From assembly GCF_963853765.1 (NCBI RefSeq), contig NC_088854.1, positions 8,432,001-8,496,000 of the forward strand: 64,000 nt of DNA. The letters are read 5' to 3'. This DNA comes from Magallana gigas. Taxonomy: Eukaryota. Both the position numbers and the translations under genes were made by a program. Below the pieces are notes generated by a model. That model worked only from the letters and a program-made list of their open reading frames with translations, did not search any database and was not told where the DNA came from. This document shows, piece after piece, positions 1 through 11,465 of this stretch. Position 1 is the first letter of the stretch; each line of letters starts with the position of its first letter.

Positions 1-340
1 GTCCTCGCGCAAAAGAAAATTTTCTTATATTTGTTGCATAATGGTATGCCACACATATATACATGTGCATCAGATACATTGTATATCCAGTCTGGCGAGC
101 ACCTGTCCTTGTTCGCCTGGTCAGCTGGAGATGTCTATCTCTCAGTTCTCTTTGTTCCTGTAGATGTATCTGCTGATCAACCTTTACATACAGCCGACCT
201 GTGCAATGTCTTCCGTTCTCTACACGTGACGTCGATTACTGTCAAAAGAAGACCTCCAACTCCAGGAAGGGCTTAACAGGAAACAACGATCTATCGCAAA
301 AAACAATGCCATAGGTCCGGTGGCAAGCTGCTGTGTATTG

Positions 341-2121
341 ATGGAGGAGGACTTTGTCACCAAACTGCTCCGGAACTCGGGAAATTCCGCTCCGGACCAA
401 CAAAATCGAGGAGCGTCCGGAAACACTTCTGCTACTGGCCCTTATCAGAACCTGAGAGTTCCGGAAGTGTCAGGATTGTGGGATTCGACCATCGACCTCT
501 CACGGAGTCATGATGCAACGACTACAAAAACCGCTCAGGTTTGTTCACTTGTTATCTTTAAACACCATTATACAAATCAAAGATATTGATAGAAGTGAGT
601 AAAATTAATTATAAAAGTTGAATGTAGCTTTAAACAGATGCTCAATTACAAATGGTACTCGTACTGAAAAATGCATCTTATCGATGCAATTACAGAGTTG
701 CAAAGAGTTTCGAAGTTAGCAATGCTAGTAAGCATTAGTGCCGTCAAAAGAACGAACACAGAATTATCTTCACTTGAAGTTCTGCTTCAGAAGAATGTGT
801 TTGAATTGCTTGTTTACTAGTCTATATCAAATTAAATAAATTGAATTTTAAAAGAACTAATTGTTAAGATTTTATCAAACAAGCAATGAGCAAAAAACGT
901 TGAAGAAACCGTCGGTTTTTTATGATATAGAGTTAATCTAGTATAGGTCGTGCAGTTTTCTGCACCGAAGACCCCATGCTGTATTGGGAGGATGTGTCCA
1001 GATTGCTCCAAACGTCAAGTTTAACGGCGTCTATGTGGAAGTTTAAGGTGATTGACATCGTTTGACATTGCTTATATACAGAACTTGGCCTTTGAGGATC
1101 AATATTACAGACTTGTAGACTTCTTCTGATCTGACGATGATCAATGTGGTACATGTAATTGATATTACATATGTGGCACGCGGCTTAATGAAGGCATCTC
1201 AACACAACTCTGCGCCCCTGAAAGCATGCACATGCTGCTATACAGTTCATCATTACTTGTTTCAGGAGAAGGAGAGGAAAATCAAACCTTTTACAAAACA
1301 TAAAACATTTGCTTGTTTTTATAGACCTACACTTTCAGGTTTTTTCCCAAAATATAAATGTTCTCTGTCGATTTACTGTTCATGTTTTTTTGCTATAGTT
1401 TGGAAAACCAATGAAAATTATAAGAGAAATTTCATTATTTATATACTAGAAACAAAAAACCATGAGATCATTTGTTTTGAACATTTATTATTTAAAATAA
1501 TAATGATGGTTTTGCAGAATTGCAAAACCGTGTAATGTGAACCGATATTGCTTGCAGAGGTGATTGTATATATTACGGGTTAATGTTCGTGTTAACGGGA
1601 CGTTGGCAACAGGTGGCAACAATCAGTATAAACAACAACAAAAATCGGCAACTTGGTTTGCACCAAAACGTTATATGGTTAAATATGGTTGTTTTCTCTT
1701 GGAGGTGGTATATTATCCTTTCCTATTTCTTGAATAAGATCTATGCTCGTATCTTGGTACTCTATAAACTTTTAGAAAATCAATTACCATAAGGGGTGCT
1801 GCAATGTGTTTGTACAACCCACCTCTCGACGTTTTGAAATTACATTTAGTTTACTTCTAGAAAATTAGAGTATTTTCTTAACCGACACTTGAGGAGCACT
1901 GAGTACTTTTGATCTTTTACTTGTTGAGAGTACCACACGTACACATGGGTCACTAAATTCCAAGCAGTCCATGACCACTAGATCTTTATTGTATGTTTCA
2001 GCCCCGCTGGATGGAGGATACAGAGTATGCTGTGATGGCCTACAGTATCTACGGCTGTATTCTCTTGGTTCTCGCTTGTGTTGTAACAGCACTTCTGGTC
2101 GTGTATGGAAATATGAGATAG
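341..2121 (+). CDS. Small tail-anchored membrane protein, paralog A (~105 aa, unknown family); coding exons 341-538 and 2002-2121
   Basis: Exon 1 MEEDFVTKLLRNS...KTAQ ends at CAG|GTTTGT (phase 0). The acceptor TGTTTCAG| at 2001 opens PRWMEDTEYAVMAYSIYGCILLVLACVVTALLVVYGNMR* (a hydrophobic C-terminal helix). Both exons align with the exons of paralog B at 3183-6078. The second exon is in a different frame from the supplied 1971..2339 ORF. Confidence 0.72.
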
Positions 2122-3182
2122 GCTGCAAAACGCGTGTTTTCTCCATAAAACGGTTTGACACAACCCAGGTGCCAGAGAACTTCCTTGTCACGTGGAAAAG
2201 ACTAAAGCAAAATAACCTACCTCCTCTGAAGAATGAAACAATCACGTTATATACCAATGTCATATATATATATTTGTACATGTATACATATATACTTATT
2301 ATTTTGAGTACAATAAATGTTTTCAAAAACGAAATGTAGTTGATGTCAAATATTGGTCTCGATGGGTTTCTTGGTGGATAAAGAATAGATGGTTTACACT
2401 CTGCGCTAATCAAAGAGGTACAAAACAAGACACGAAATGCTAAAACTGTTTAATCTACGATACAGAAGAGTTCCTGATTGTCAGAAACAAACGAACATTG
2501 AATTTAAAGAAGGTCTTAATGAGAAAATGTTATAAAGTGTTTGCCGGCGGTCTCTCCAAGACTTGTGGACAAAGCGAGGCGGACTATGGCCAGTTTTACG
2601 GTATTTGGGCTGTAAACGAAAATACCACTGGGATAGGAAATTAAACTTTGAAATTATCATTTCCTTGGAGCACAGCCAGGGCATAAACAACAAATATAAA
2701 CCAAGAATAAAGATGCAAATAATTCATTGATTTTGGCAGGCAGTTAAAAATCGTTTGTACGAAGCTCGGGCGGCCGTCTTAATTCCACTGATTCCCCCGA
2801 AAATCTCCCTGTCTTAGTGATTACACAGGGGTTAGATCCATCACGGATAAGCGGTAAGTATATCATATATTTGTACAGCTCTTGTGTGTATTGATCCATT
2901 GACAATTGCAGTTGCTTATGATTATTGAATATGTCAACAGTGAAACCAGTTTACTTATTGGGATAGTCCAAGTCCGGATGACAAACCAGCGGAAAGATGG
3001 AAGTTTATGTTTTCTACCACCCAGGAGCAAATTAGTAAAGATTAAATAGAGAATCACTATAATACCGCAACCATCGCTCGTATATTCTAAGAATTCTGTA
3101 AACGTTGAGTTTGACTTCAGTCCCCGATTGTGGTTGGATTTTAAGGTGAACATGTATAGTGCCCATTAGATTAGGCTGTACA

Positions 3183-6078
3183 ATGGAATCTAATGGTGAG
3201 GTCCCGGAAGAAGACTTTATAGCGACACTTCTGAAACAATCGTCTGGAGTGTCACATGTCAACAAGGCGTATTCCACGACACCGACAGGAACTTCCGGTC
3301 CCCCGGATCTTGTCAGAAATTGCCACCACCAAGTTAGACACAATGGTCACCACCACGGAGGTAACCACGTGACGATATTGGCCCCCAAGGACAATGCCAG
3401 CCCCCACGCTAGTCACTCAAGTCTGACGGTGAGTAGCTTTCAGTTTTCCATGACTTGTGAGATGCAACGTTTCTTTACGGTATGAAATGTACCTAGTGTA
3501 TGATTTTATAATGTATTGATTTAAGGTGGCTCTATACACCACTTTTTGATGACGCAGTACGCAAAAAAGTAAATCTGGAAGCATGCAATCCCGGTACTGG
3601 CTGATTTAAACTGAGGCGAATTGTATGGGGACCGCTCTTTTGAAAAAATTGTTAAATGAATAGGTTTAATTTGATAATTTAAAAATTCATTACTTACAAG
3701 TAATGTGGTACGTGACACCTTCACGTTGTTTGGTATTTTTATCAAAATAAACAATAAAATCAACTATAATAATTTCTTTCCCATCATCGATATGTTACAC
3801 CGTAGCGCAGTGGGTTAACGGGTTCACTACAAATCTGTAGGTCATGAGTTCGATCTCCGTTGAGAACAATTTTTTAAGACATTTTTTAACTGTACAAGAT
3901 TTTCTAAAACGTATGTTTTAGTTAAAAACTGTGAGAGAAAATTCTAAACCGGTGAAAATATTTCAATTATAATACACTTTAATGCACATTAATATCGACA
4001 CCTTAAGGGTATGGGGGTTGCTTTGAATTTCTCTCAGGTTGGGATATATAAATCCTATTAGCCAAGTCAATTTTCCCCTTTATTCATATGACTTAGTTTT
4101 GCATTTAAGCGAATATATTCATTTATACATGCCTATAATGAAATATGTATGTATTTATCATTCCAACATTATATTTAGGAAATTTTCTTCAACCCAAAAA
4201 TGAAAAGTCCCCAAGGTGTTTGGGCCTTGGGACTTAGGAACGATAACCCTTATCTGAGGAACTTTCATACTAAATAAAATTTAAAATATTTTTTTTATTT
4301 ATTTGCAATGATTTTCATTCAATTTTTTATGTCACATTTATTAAAGTACATTTTCTTAAAACATCAAGCAACTTTTTCAGATGATTTGTCAATAGAGTAA
4401 GAAAATATGAAAAATTATGTTTTGGGGAAATACTAAAAAAAATTGCAATAATAACATTTTTGAATGTTAAGAAGTGTTATATATTTTTTTATGTGTCCGA
4501 AGGCAATATCCATCATATGATAAAAAAATTCTCTCAATTTGTTAATAGCTGTCTTTTTAAAAAATATTTTACAAAAACACAAAAAAACATTAAAAAATTC
4601 TTTAAAAATACATATAGTATCCCTATCATCATTTTAATATTTGATAAGTATATGTTTTGTGATCTTCTATTGATAATTGGAATAAACTGTGGGTGTATAG
4701 AGCCACCTTAATAATTTTATGTAACTTTTGTTTATCATTATCTTAAACGATATCTCACCAAGATATCCCCCACTCATATAACATTGTTCGATCGGTTCAT
4801 GTTCTTTAATTAGGAGAGATGTAACAGGTAATTATCTGCGATAGTCACTTTTGCTGCTTTTGTGCGGATTGAAAATTCCTTGTGTTGGGGGGGGGGGGGG
4901 GGGGGGTTAGTTTGGGTTAACCGAGCCTCCAGCTATCTTCGGCTTCAGGTGGGTGTGTCTTCTAGTGTAAACACATCTTAGTTGATGTTGGGATAAAAGA
5001 TGATAATTGAAAACAGAGTTGGAGGCATAAGAGAATGGACTTTCGAACCGAATACACATGTACATTGTACTTGTATAATTACCTTCAGGATATATTTTAT
5101 CCCGTAAAAATGAAATTATTCATTCATTCATTTTTTGTCAAAGTAAAACGTTGGCTGTTGTCTAAGAACAATTTTCTTGACTCTATATAACCATTAATGT
5201 ACATGTACATGTATAGTAATCAATCGACTTTCCTTTCTGTCAACAAACATGATTGGACACTCTAAATGCTTGTGTAATTTATATAAACGTTAATGGACCC
5301 ATTGGCAAATCCGAAAGGTCTTTAATAATTGTTTGGACATTTTTGTAAGCTTCGGAATTTATTCATTTTGCTAAAGATTCTGTAACATTTATTCAAAATT
5401 GTTAAAATATCCCGGAATCGAGAACGTGAGACAGACTATAGACATTTTCAACAGTTGCTAAAATTCACCGCCTCGCAAAAACACTTTTTAACAACACTTG
5501 CAATATATTAATAATATGGATATGAATGATCATAGTATATTTGCCGTTTCTTTAAATTATCATTATTATTACCATTTACAATTTTTACATTTTTTGGCTA
5601 AGTATTAATTGTGTGAGATTAATCAATATCAAGTAAGGAATAAAAAAATAGATTTCATAATACGCTGTACATGTATCCTTAGACAAACAGATGAAATTAC
5701 TAATACATGTAGAGTGTATCTATGTACCTTGGTTAAAGCATTGAGATTGATTGCTATACTTTCATTTTTATGTCTGTTCATATGTAACACTATAGATTCT
5801 CAATCAATATTTAATCTCAGATCAATGATAAGAACCTGCCCAAGACAATCCAAATTAGAATATCCACTCCAAGGGTCCTCGCAACAGTTATAACTCACAA
5901 TTAATGTTTCATCGACGGTTAAAAATAAATTTCTTAAGTGGTTCATAGTAATTTGTATTTCTTTCAGGATCCCTTGTTGGATGACAAAGTTTATTCAGCT
6001 CTAGCTTACGGCATGTACGGTCTACTATTGTTTATCCTTACCATGGTAACGACAATTTGCTTGATTGTATTCACGTGA
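3183..6078 (+). CDS. Small tail-anchored membrane protein, paralog B (~118 aa, unknown family); coding exons 3183-3428 and 5968-6078; probable non-coding exon ending 2853
   Basis: Exon MESNGEVPEEDFIATLLKQ...SHSSLT ends at ACG|GTGAGT (phase 0). The acceptor TTTCTTTCAG| at 5967 opens DPLLDDKVYSALAYGMYGLLLFILTMVTTICLIVFT*. There is an upstream donor GCG|GTAAGT at 2853/2854 and AG acceptors just before the ATG. AATAAA occurs at 6177 and 6510. Confidence 0.75.
3525..4707. mobile_element. Non-autonomous DNA transposon, Kolobok-like (TTAA TSD, 16-bp TIRs), 1183 bp
   Basis: TTAA(3521-3524)-GGTGGCTCTATACACC(3525-3540) ... GGTGTATAGAGCCACC(4692-4707)-TTAA(4708-4711). No transposase ORF. TTAA TSD with purine-purine termini is the Kolobok signature, whereas piggyBac termini start CC. 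Confidence 0.8.
3700..4004. mobile_element. Degenerate ~300-bp MITE with a tRNA-derived core, nested in the 3525-4707 element
   Basis: It shares blocks with the copies at 34390 and 63274: a TIR-like start (TAATGTGGTACGTGACACC), AAATAAACAATAAAATCAA, and CACATTAAT near the end. It has a Pol III A-box-like TAGCGCAGTGG (3803-3813) and a B-box-like GAGTTCGATCTC (3846-3857). Confidence 0.6.
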
Positions 6079-6625
6079 ATTACCCCGTTTTCTCATTACA
6101 AAATCATCAACATGAGGAAATTAATTTCATGGCATCGTGATATTTCCTTTAACTCCTTACTCAGATCACGAAGAAAAATAAATCGGATTTTCCAATTCTA
6201 CACGCAATGGCAAAAGTCATTGTACCATCGATTCGGGATCAATGACAGCATACCTAGTGCAAAAGAAACTCTGGACAACCTTTACAAATCTGCAGAAACC
6301 GCCTGTCTTGGCGGAAAAAACATCCAAAGATATGTTCCCTAATTCTATTCAAAGGTACAACAATGCGGTGTAATGTGCTATACTGGAATGAGAAATGCTG
6401 GATCTGAATAGGTTTACTTAAACGGGTTTTTTGCTGGAACTTTTAAGTGAAAGACTGCTTAGAAACTGTCAGAAACGGTCCTTTAAACAATGCTTTATTT
6501 TTATTTGTTAATAAAGAAATATTTTACTTGATTTGTTTTGTTTGAAATTTAAGTAAGATCAATGTCTTCCTTTTTAAATTAACATATGATAGGAAACCAG
6601 TCAGTCACTTTATAATGTATCTGTA

Positions 6626-9600
6626 TTAATCGTCGACGTCCGAGGTTTCTTCTTCCGCTTGATCCTCGCCAAACTCGGCATCAAATTCCTTATCAGCAAG
6701 CGCAGCTTTAAATGCCGATTCCTCTTCCGGTGAAGGGTCATCAGCCTCGGTGATTTCCGGTCCACTAGGGAATTCTTCCATAACATCCGGTGGGATTTCA
6801 GGTTCGAAAGCTCCACCTAGATTCTTTTGCCCCCAGCCAATGTATAACGATGTAAAGTATCTACAGAAGAATTTTGATTACTTTACTATGATATCACGTA
6901 CTATATTAGAACGCCATGAAAGATGTTTGACATAATCATGTGTTCAGTACGTCTAATACAAGTGTCGATTTTTCACAGAACTGACCTCCCTCTCTCGGCC
7001 CCAAACGTCCACGAACCTGGCCATGTGTTGGACTGAAGCATTGCTACAGCAAACTCCGGCACTAGTCGCGAGGAAATACGCGGAATCCAGGCAGGCGAAT
7101 CATGTACAGCTTAAATAATGAAGGAAAAATCTTACAAACCAAACACATATACATGATCTTAAGATCTAAAAAAAAATCACAAACAAAAGTACGTTGGTCT
7201 TCCGAGACAGGTGTTAGCAATGGCGGTCCAACTTCCGGCTCTGGTTCATCCGGTTCATTTCGTTCCTCCTCATCAGAATCCTCCTCACCACCTTCACCGG
7301 ACTTTCCTTCCATTGGGTTAAACCACGTGTTTCTACCCTACAGGTATATAGACATTACATTATATACTTTTTCTATTCCATAAATAGTTCAAGGGGAGGG
7401 GAAGGTGGGTCGTAACATACCTGTGGTAAGACGGACTGCATGTGGTGGCACCAGGTCTGTCCTGTAGGGTCACAGAGGTCACGCAGGGGCATTCCCTCAA
7501 ATTCCTGGTCTATGATACAAGTGTTCCTACCGTTTGATCCTGAAACATATTTGTAGGTACGGCACTTAACGTTAATATTTTACACTTATATATTGTAAAT
7601 AGTAGCTGCAAAACTGTTTCTCTTCATGAACAGTCGGGTGGACAAAGCGTATAGCTACAGTACAACTCTCTATAAATTTGAATTTACATGCTATATACAT
7701 GTAATTTGAAATCAATACATTGGTACACTTGTAAAACAACTTGTGTCTTAAATTGGAAATTCGCCACTCACAGCAAGATTGTTAAAAAATATCTGAACCT
7801 GATTCTTCTGCATCTTCCTCTTCTTCATTGTCGTCAAACCGGAAATAGCCTATTGGTGATACCGTTGTGGCTGCGCTAATACGTGCAATTTGCGCACGCA
7901 ATAAGTTCTTTTCCAGACCGGGAAATGGAGGATGACTCACAATCTGTTTTATTAAGAAAAACGTTAATACCTTAATTTGTTTGCAAATTCATCAATATCA
8001 AACAAAAAAATCAGAGAGTGGCGGAGCGATTATTTGAGCATGTTTCAGAAATCCAAGGAGTCTTACGTGTTCACCAAGGTCCCCAGTAAAGAACCGCCTG
8101 ATCTTGCGGGCCGCGACGATCTGCGCAGGATTTATGTGTGGAAGTCTTATCCAGGGTAATCCAGCTGAAACCATTGAAATCAAATATTGTTCAGAGCTTT
8201 AGAATAGTAAAACATTATATTCAAAATGAAACAAATCACGCCTGGAGACAAGCCTTAGATCTGCAAACCCATGAGGCACGGAATGATAATTATTCCTTTA
8301 AAATATATGTTGGAATAGAGTTGCAACATTGCTGTAAATTGAAATGACAAATTGTACACTACAGCCAAATACAGTTGAACCTAATAATGAGAAAGGAAAA
8401 AACCCAATAAATATGAGTAAATGCGCATATACCTTTTATTTTTTAATTGTACTTTGATATGCGTAAGAAATGTCAGCTTTGAGTTTTGCTGTGATCTTAT
8501 AATGCATGTATCAAGAATGTATCGTTATCTATGCAGCAATCATTAAAATGTTATTTTCTTTCATACAGAATTGAAGGATGGTGATGAGAATGTGATTTGA
8601 TAGATTTCTTTTTGATAATACTTACGTTCATTGCAGACAAAGTACACATGCTTGTTCAGTCCGGTTCCCATACTTTCGCAAGGAATTCTGGGAGGTGGTT
8701 TATAAAACGGTTTAATTTCATCTGTGACTGTCGTCGATTCATCTAAAAAACGGCCATACACAGCAAAGTCAGACATCGATACCATATATATTTATAGTAT
8801 TAAATGGCGTCTTTGGTAATTACATATGGTTCTATACCTAGTATGCTTGTATGACATCTCTTCATTGAATATGAATTGGCGTCTACGGTTACCGGAACTA
8901 TATCTTGCATATATTTTTTCACTTGATTTTAAAAAGCTATTGGCAGTTAATTGTGAATGTAATGTCTACCACAGTAAAATACTCAGTTTGTTGCAGTTTT
9001 CTGATTGATGAAGACATCAAACTCCAGAATGACGTCATTCGATTTCATTGAGATTGATGTTCAAGAACGCGAGTATAGCGATGATGAAAACCGACAAAAC
9101 GTGTGGTAAAGTAAATCATTCATCAAGTGCCAAGAAAAAAAAAACCCGCATGCCTTTTGTTTTGTTAAATCTTCCTAGCACGTATATTATACAATCAATA
9201 CATATAAACAAAGCTTTCAGATGGCTTATCTTCTTGTTCGAACGTATTGCGTGAGAACATCTTGCAAAAATAAACGTTACCAAAACAATTCTAGCATATT
9301 TATATACGGTCATACATACCATCAAAAATCATGCTATCCTCAATCTTGAAATCATCAAAAAAATAATTGAATTAAAACATGTTTTGTGTGTCAATGGAAG
9401 AATTTTGGATACATTCCCTAATGTCTAATTCAATTTTAATAACAGTCTCCCCCTACTTCAATCTCAGCATTCATTAACATGTTCATTAAAATCAGTTAAG
9501 ATTTGAAGGCGGGTGTTGCAAAGAGATTTATCTCTCTATTTGTAAACAATATTTTATTTACACTACTATGACCGTGATGCTGTAATTTCTTTAAAATTTT

Positions 9601-11101
9601 GTTGATCCTTTAAAATGCTGAATTCTATTGATAAATCGCATGATTTATTACGATTAATGTACAAAAGTGTTCAAGTATGACTTTTCAGTTAAAAAAGGGT
9701 AAGATCCAAGAGCCAGAACAATGTTAATTTCTTTTGATTAGGTACAACATAATGCAACCTTGAATGTTCATTAAATATAAGGTTAATTTGAAACTAGAAT
9801 CAATTTTTTCGTCGAGTGAAATGCGAAAATTGCGTGTCCTTTAGATGCTTAAATAGTTAAGTTGCAAGGGCATGTAAGAATTGTAGTGCACTACCTAGAT
9901 CTAAAGGGTAGAACGAAAATCCTCGCTGTGATGTACATCAACAATGGAGATTTACCTTGTCGTTCGATGACTTATCTTCGTCGCCCTCGTCATCACTCAG
10001 ATCGCTCTCATACTCGCCATCTTTAAATTCCGCCTCCACCACATAATAGTTTTTCCGGGTACCTAAAATTTTCCCCCAGAACCTCAGAGTTTCAATCGGC
10101 CATTTTTCCACCAGTTCTCGCATGGCGGTAGTAATCCGAATAAATTCCTCCCTCGGCAGCCCGACTCCGGCCTGTTCAAAGAAGAGGGCCTGCTTCATCA
10201 GGTTTGGTATCAGTCTATAAATGTCCTCCTCATCCTCGTCAGGTAAATCTGGGAAAGTGTCACACTACAGTCATTATATATAGGAAGACTAAGAACATAC
10301 GGTATGCTATATCTTTTGTTCCATGCAAATGCTACTCACCAAAACTTTCGTTGGGTATAAATTTTGGGTCACCGCAAGCGGTCTGAAAAATGTAAGTATT
10401 TCATTTGTAAGAATTTGTTCAGTTTCAAAGAATAGGGTGTTTCGCATTAGTAAATTATAACAGTTTAAATTCTTTTTCTTCAAAGCTCCGCAATGTTACC
10501 TTCATCATTTGCCATTGCGCATGAGCTAGAACCTCGGATGGCGTTCTTCCTGGGTTGTCTTTGATGAATGGTTCTTTATAAGTAAACTTTTCGCGCTTGA
10601 AATCTTTACTTTCATCTTCTAATTTGTTCAGGGCATCATCGGACTTTTCTACGAGGATCTTAGTTAGAAGTGTGCTCAAGTGGTTGTACCTGCATCAAAT
10701 AAGCAAAATTGTAATAGTGCGTTCAGGTAGAGAAGATGTATGCTGAGCATTCCTAGCGTCAAATAATAGCAATATCTTTAATTATCTTGTATGAAAGGTA
10801 AAGGTTTTGTTGTTGTCAAAAATATGATTTAAGAGCACTGTCTAACAGAGTGTCGAACCGTTTGTTGAACGTTGTTTCATGTATACTTGAACACTTACAA
10901 GTTCTGGCCATCAACTTCGCTCCCCTCTCGCATTAGAAATAACTTAGCGTTGACACATCGTTGCTCCTCGGGAGGTAATTCTCGGAATCCCTCTTCCTCA
11001 TTGTCGTCGTACCTTTGGGACTGGTTAGACTGATCTTCGCTGACGCTGTCGTCGTGCGGCACGGTGCTCCGTCCTCGCACCTTTCTCGACTCTCCCTTCA
11101 T
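6626..11101 (-). CDS. RSPH4A: Radial spoke head protein 4/6 homolog (~578 aa). Exons: 11101-10899, 10689-10500, 10382-10340, 10248-9956, 9344-9320, 8742-8626, 8164-8067, 7943-7799, 7539-7421, 7337-7193, 7109-6986, 6860-6626
   Basis: The spliced translation contains RSPH4A/6A motifs: [97 protein letters not shown] and [17 protein letters not shown]. All introns are GT-AG and phases are consistent (1737 nt total). A probable 5'UTR exon ends at 12337 (GCAAG|GTAAGA). The invertebrate gene is likely co-orthologous to RSPH4A and RSPH6A. Confidence 0.93.
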
Positions 11102-11370
11102 CTTCTAGATTAAAAATACATCAATTGGCATTAACGTTCTTTCTTTAAACTCAAAACTGTATGCAATCGTTTATAACGTTTTTTCGAAGTGAAAATTATG
11201 AATCCTACACTTGAAAGATTTCAATTTTTTTTCTTTAGTATTTCTGTAACATTTCATTGCTTCTTTAATTTCATTGTGCTTTATTATTATTCAACGGACT
11301 GGTACAACAGAGTCTCTTCAGTTCATGTGCACTGGCTTTGGTCACCAACAGCGGTAAATTTCTCAATATG

Positions 11371-11465
11371 TGCATCTTCGCTAGCCAAGGGTTTACGATC
11401 CACTCTGCTCCTCTACAACGTAGAGGAGCAGAGTGGATCGTAAACCCTTGGCTAGCGAAGATGCA
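11371..11465. mobile_element. 95-bp perfect foldback insertion (46-bp arms, 3-nt loop) with a 5-bp direct flank ATATG
   Basis: 11371-11416 is the exact reverse complement of 11420-11465, with loop AAC. The termini are TG...CA, and ATATG lies at 11366-11370 and 11466-11470. Confidence 0.8.

Noticed and set aside
31-276. 81-aa plus-strand ORF and an open minus-strand frame running to position 1
   Set aside because: No recognisable motif and no convincing splice partners in the window. It could be an exon of an upstream gene but cannot be supported.
933-1130. Possible exons in the intron of paralog A (e.g. MLYWEDVSRLLQT frame)
   Set aside because: They would need a ~34-nt intron or give an early stop, have no counterpart in paralog B, and show no recognisable homology.
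1865-2428. 187-aa minus ORF and 122-aa plus ORF (1971-2339)
   Set aside because: Both are shadows of the real exon at 2002-2121, which is in another plus frame and aligns with paralog B.
3800-3865. tRNA gene
   Set aside because: A and B boxes are present, but the acceptor and anticodon stems do not pair convincingly and the sequence lies inside a repeated MITE. Treated as tRNA-derived.
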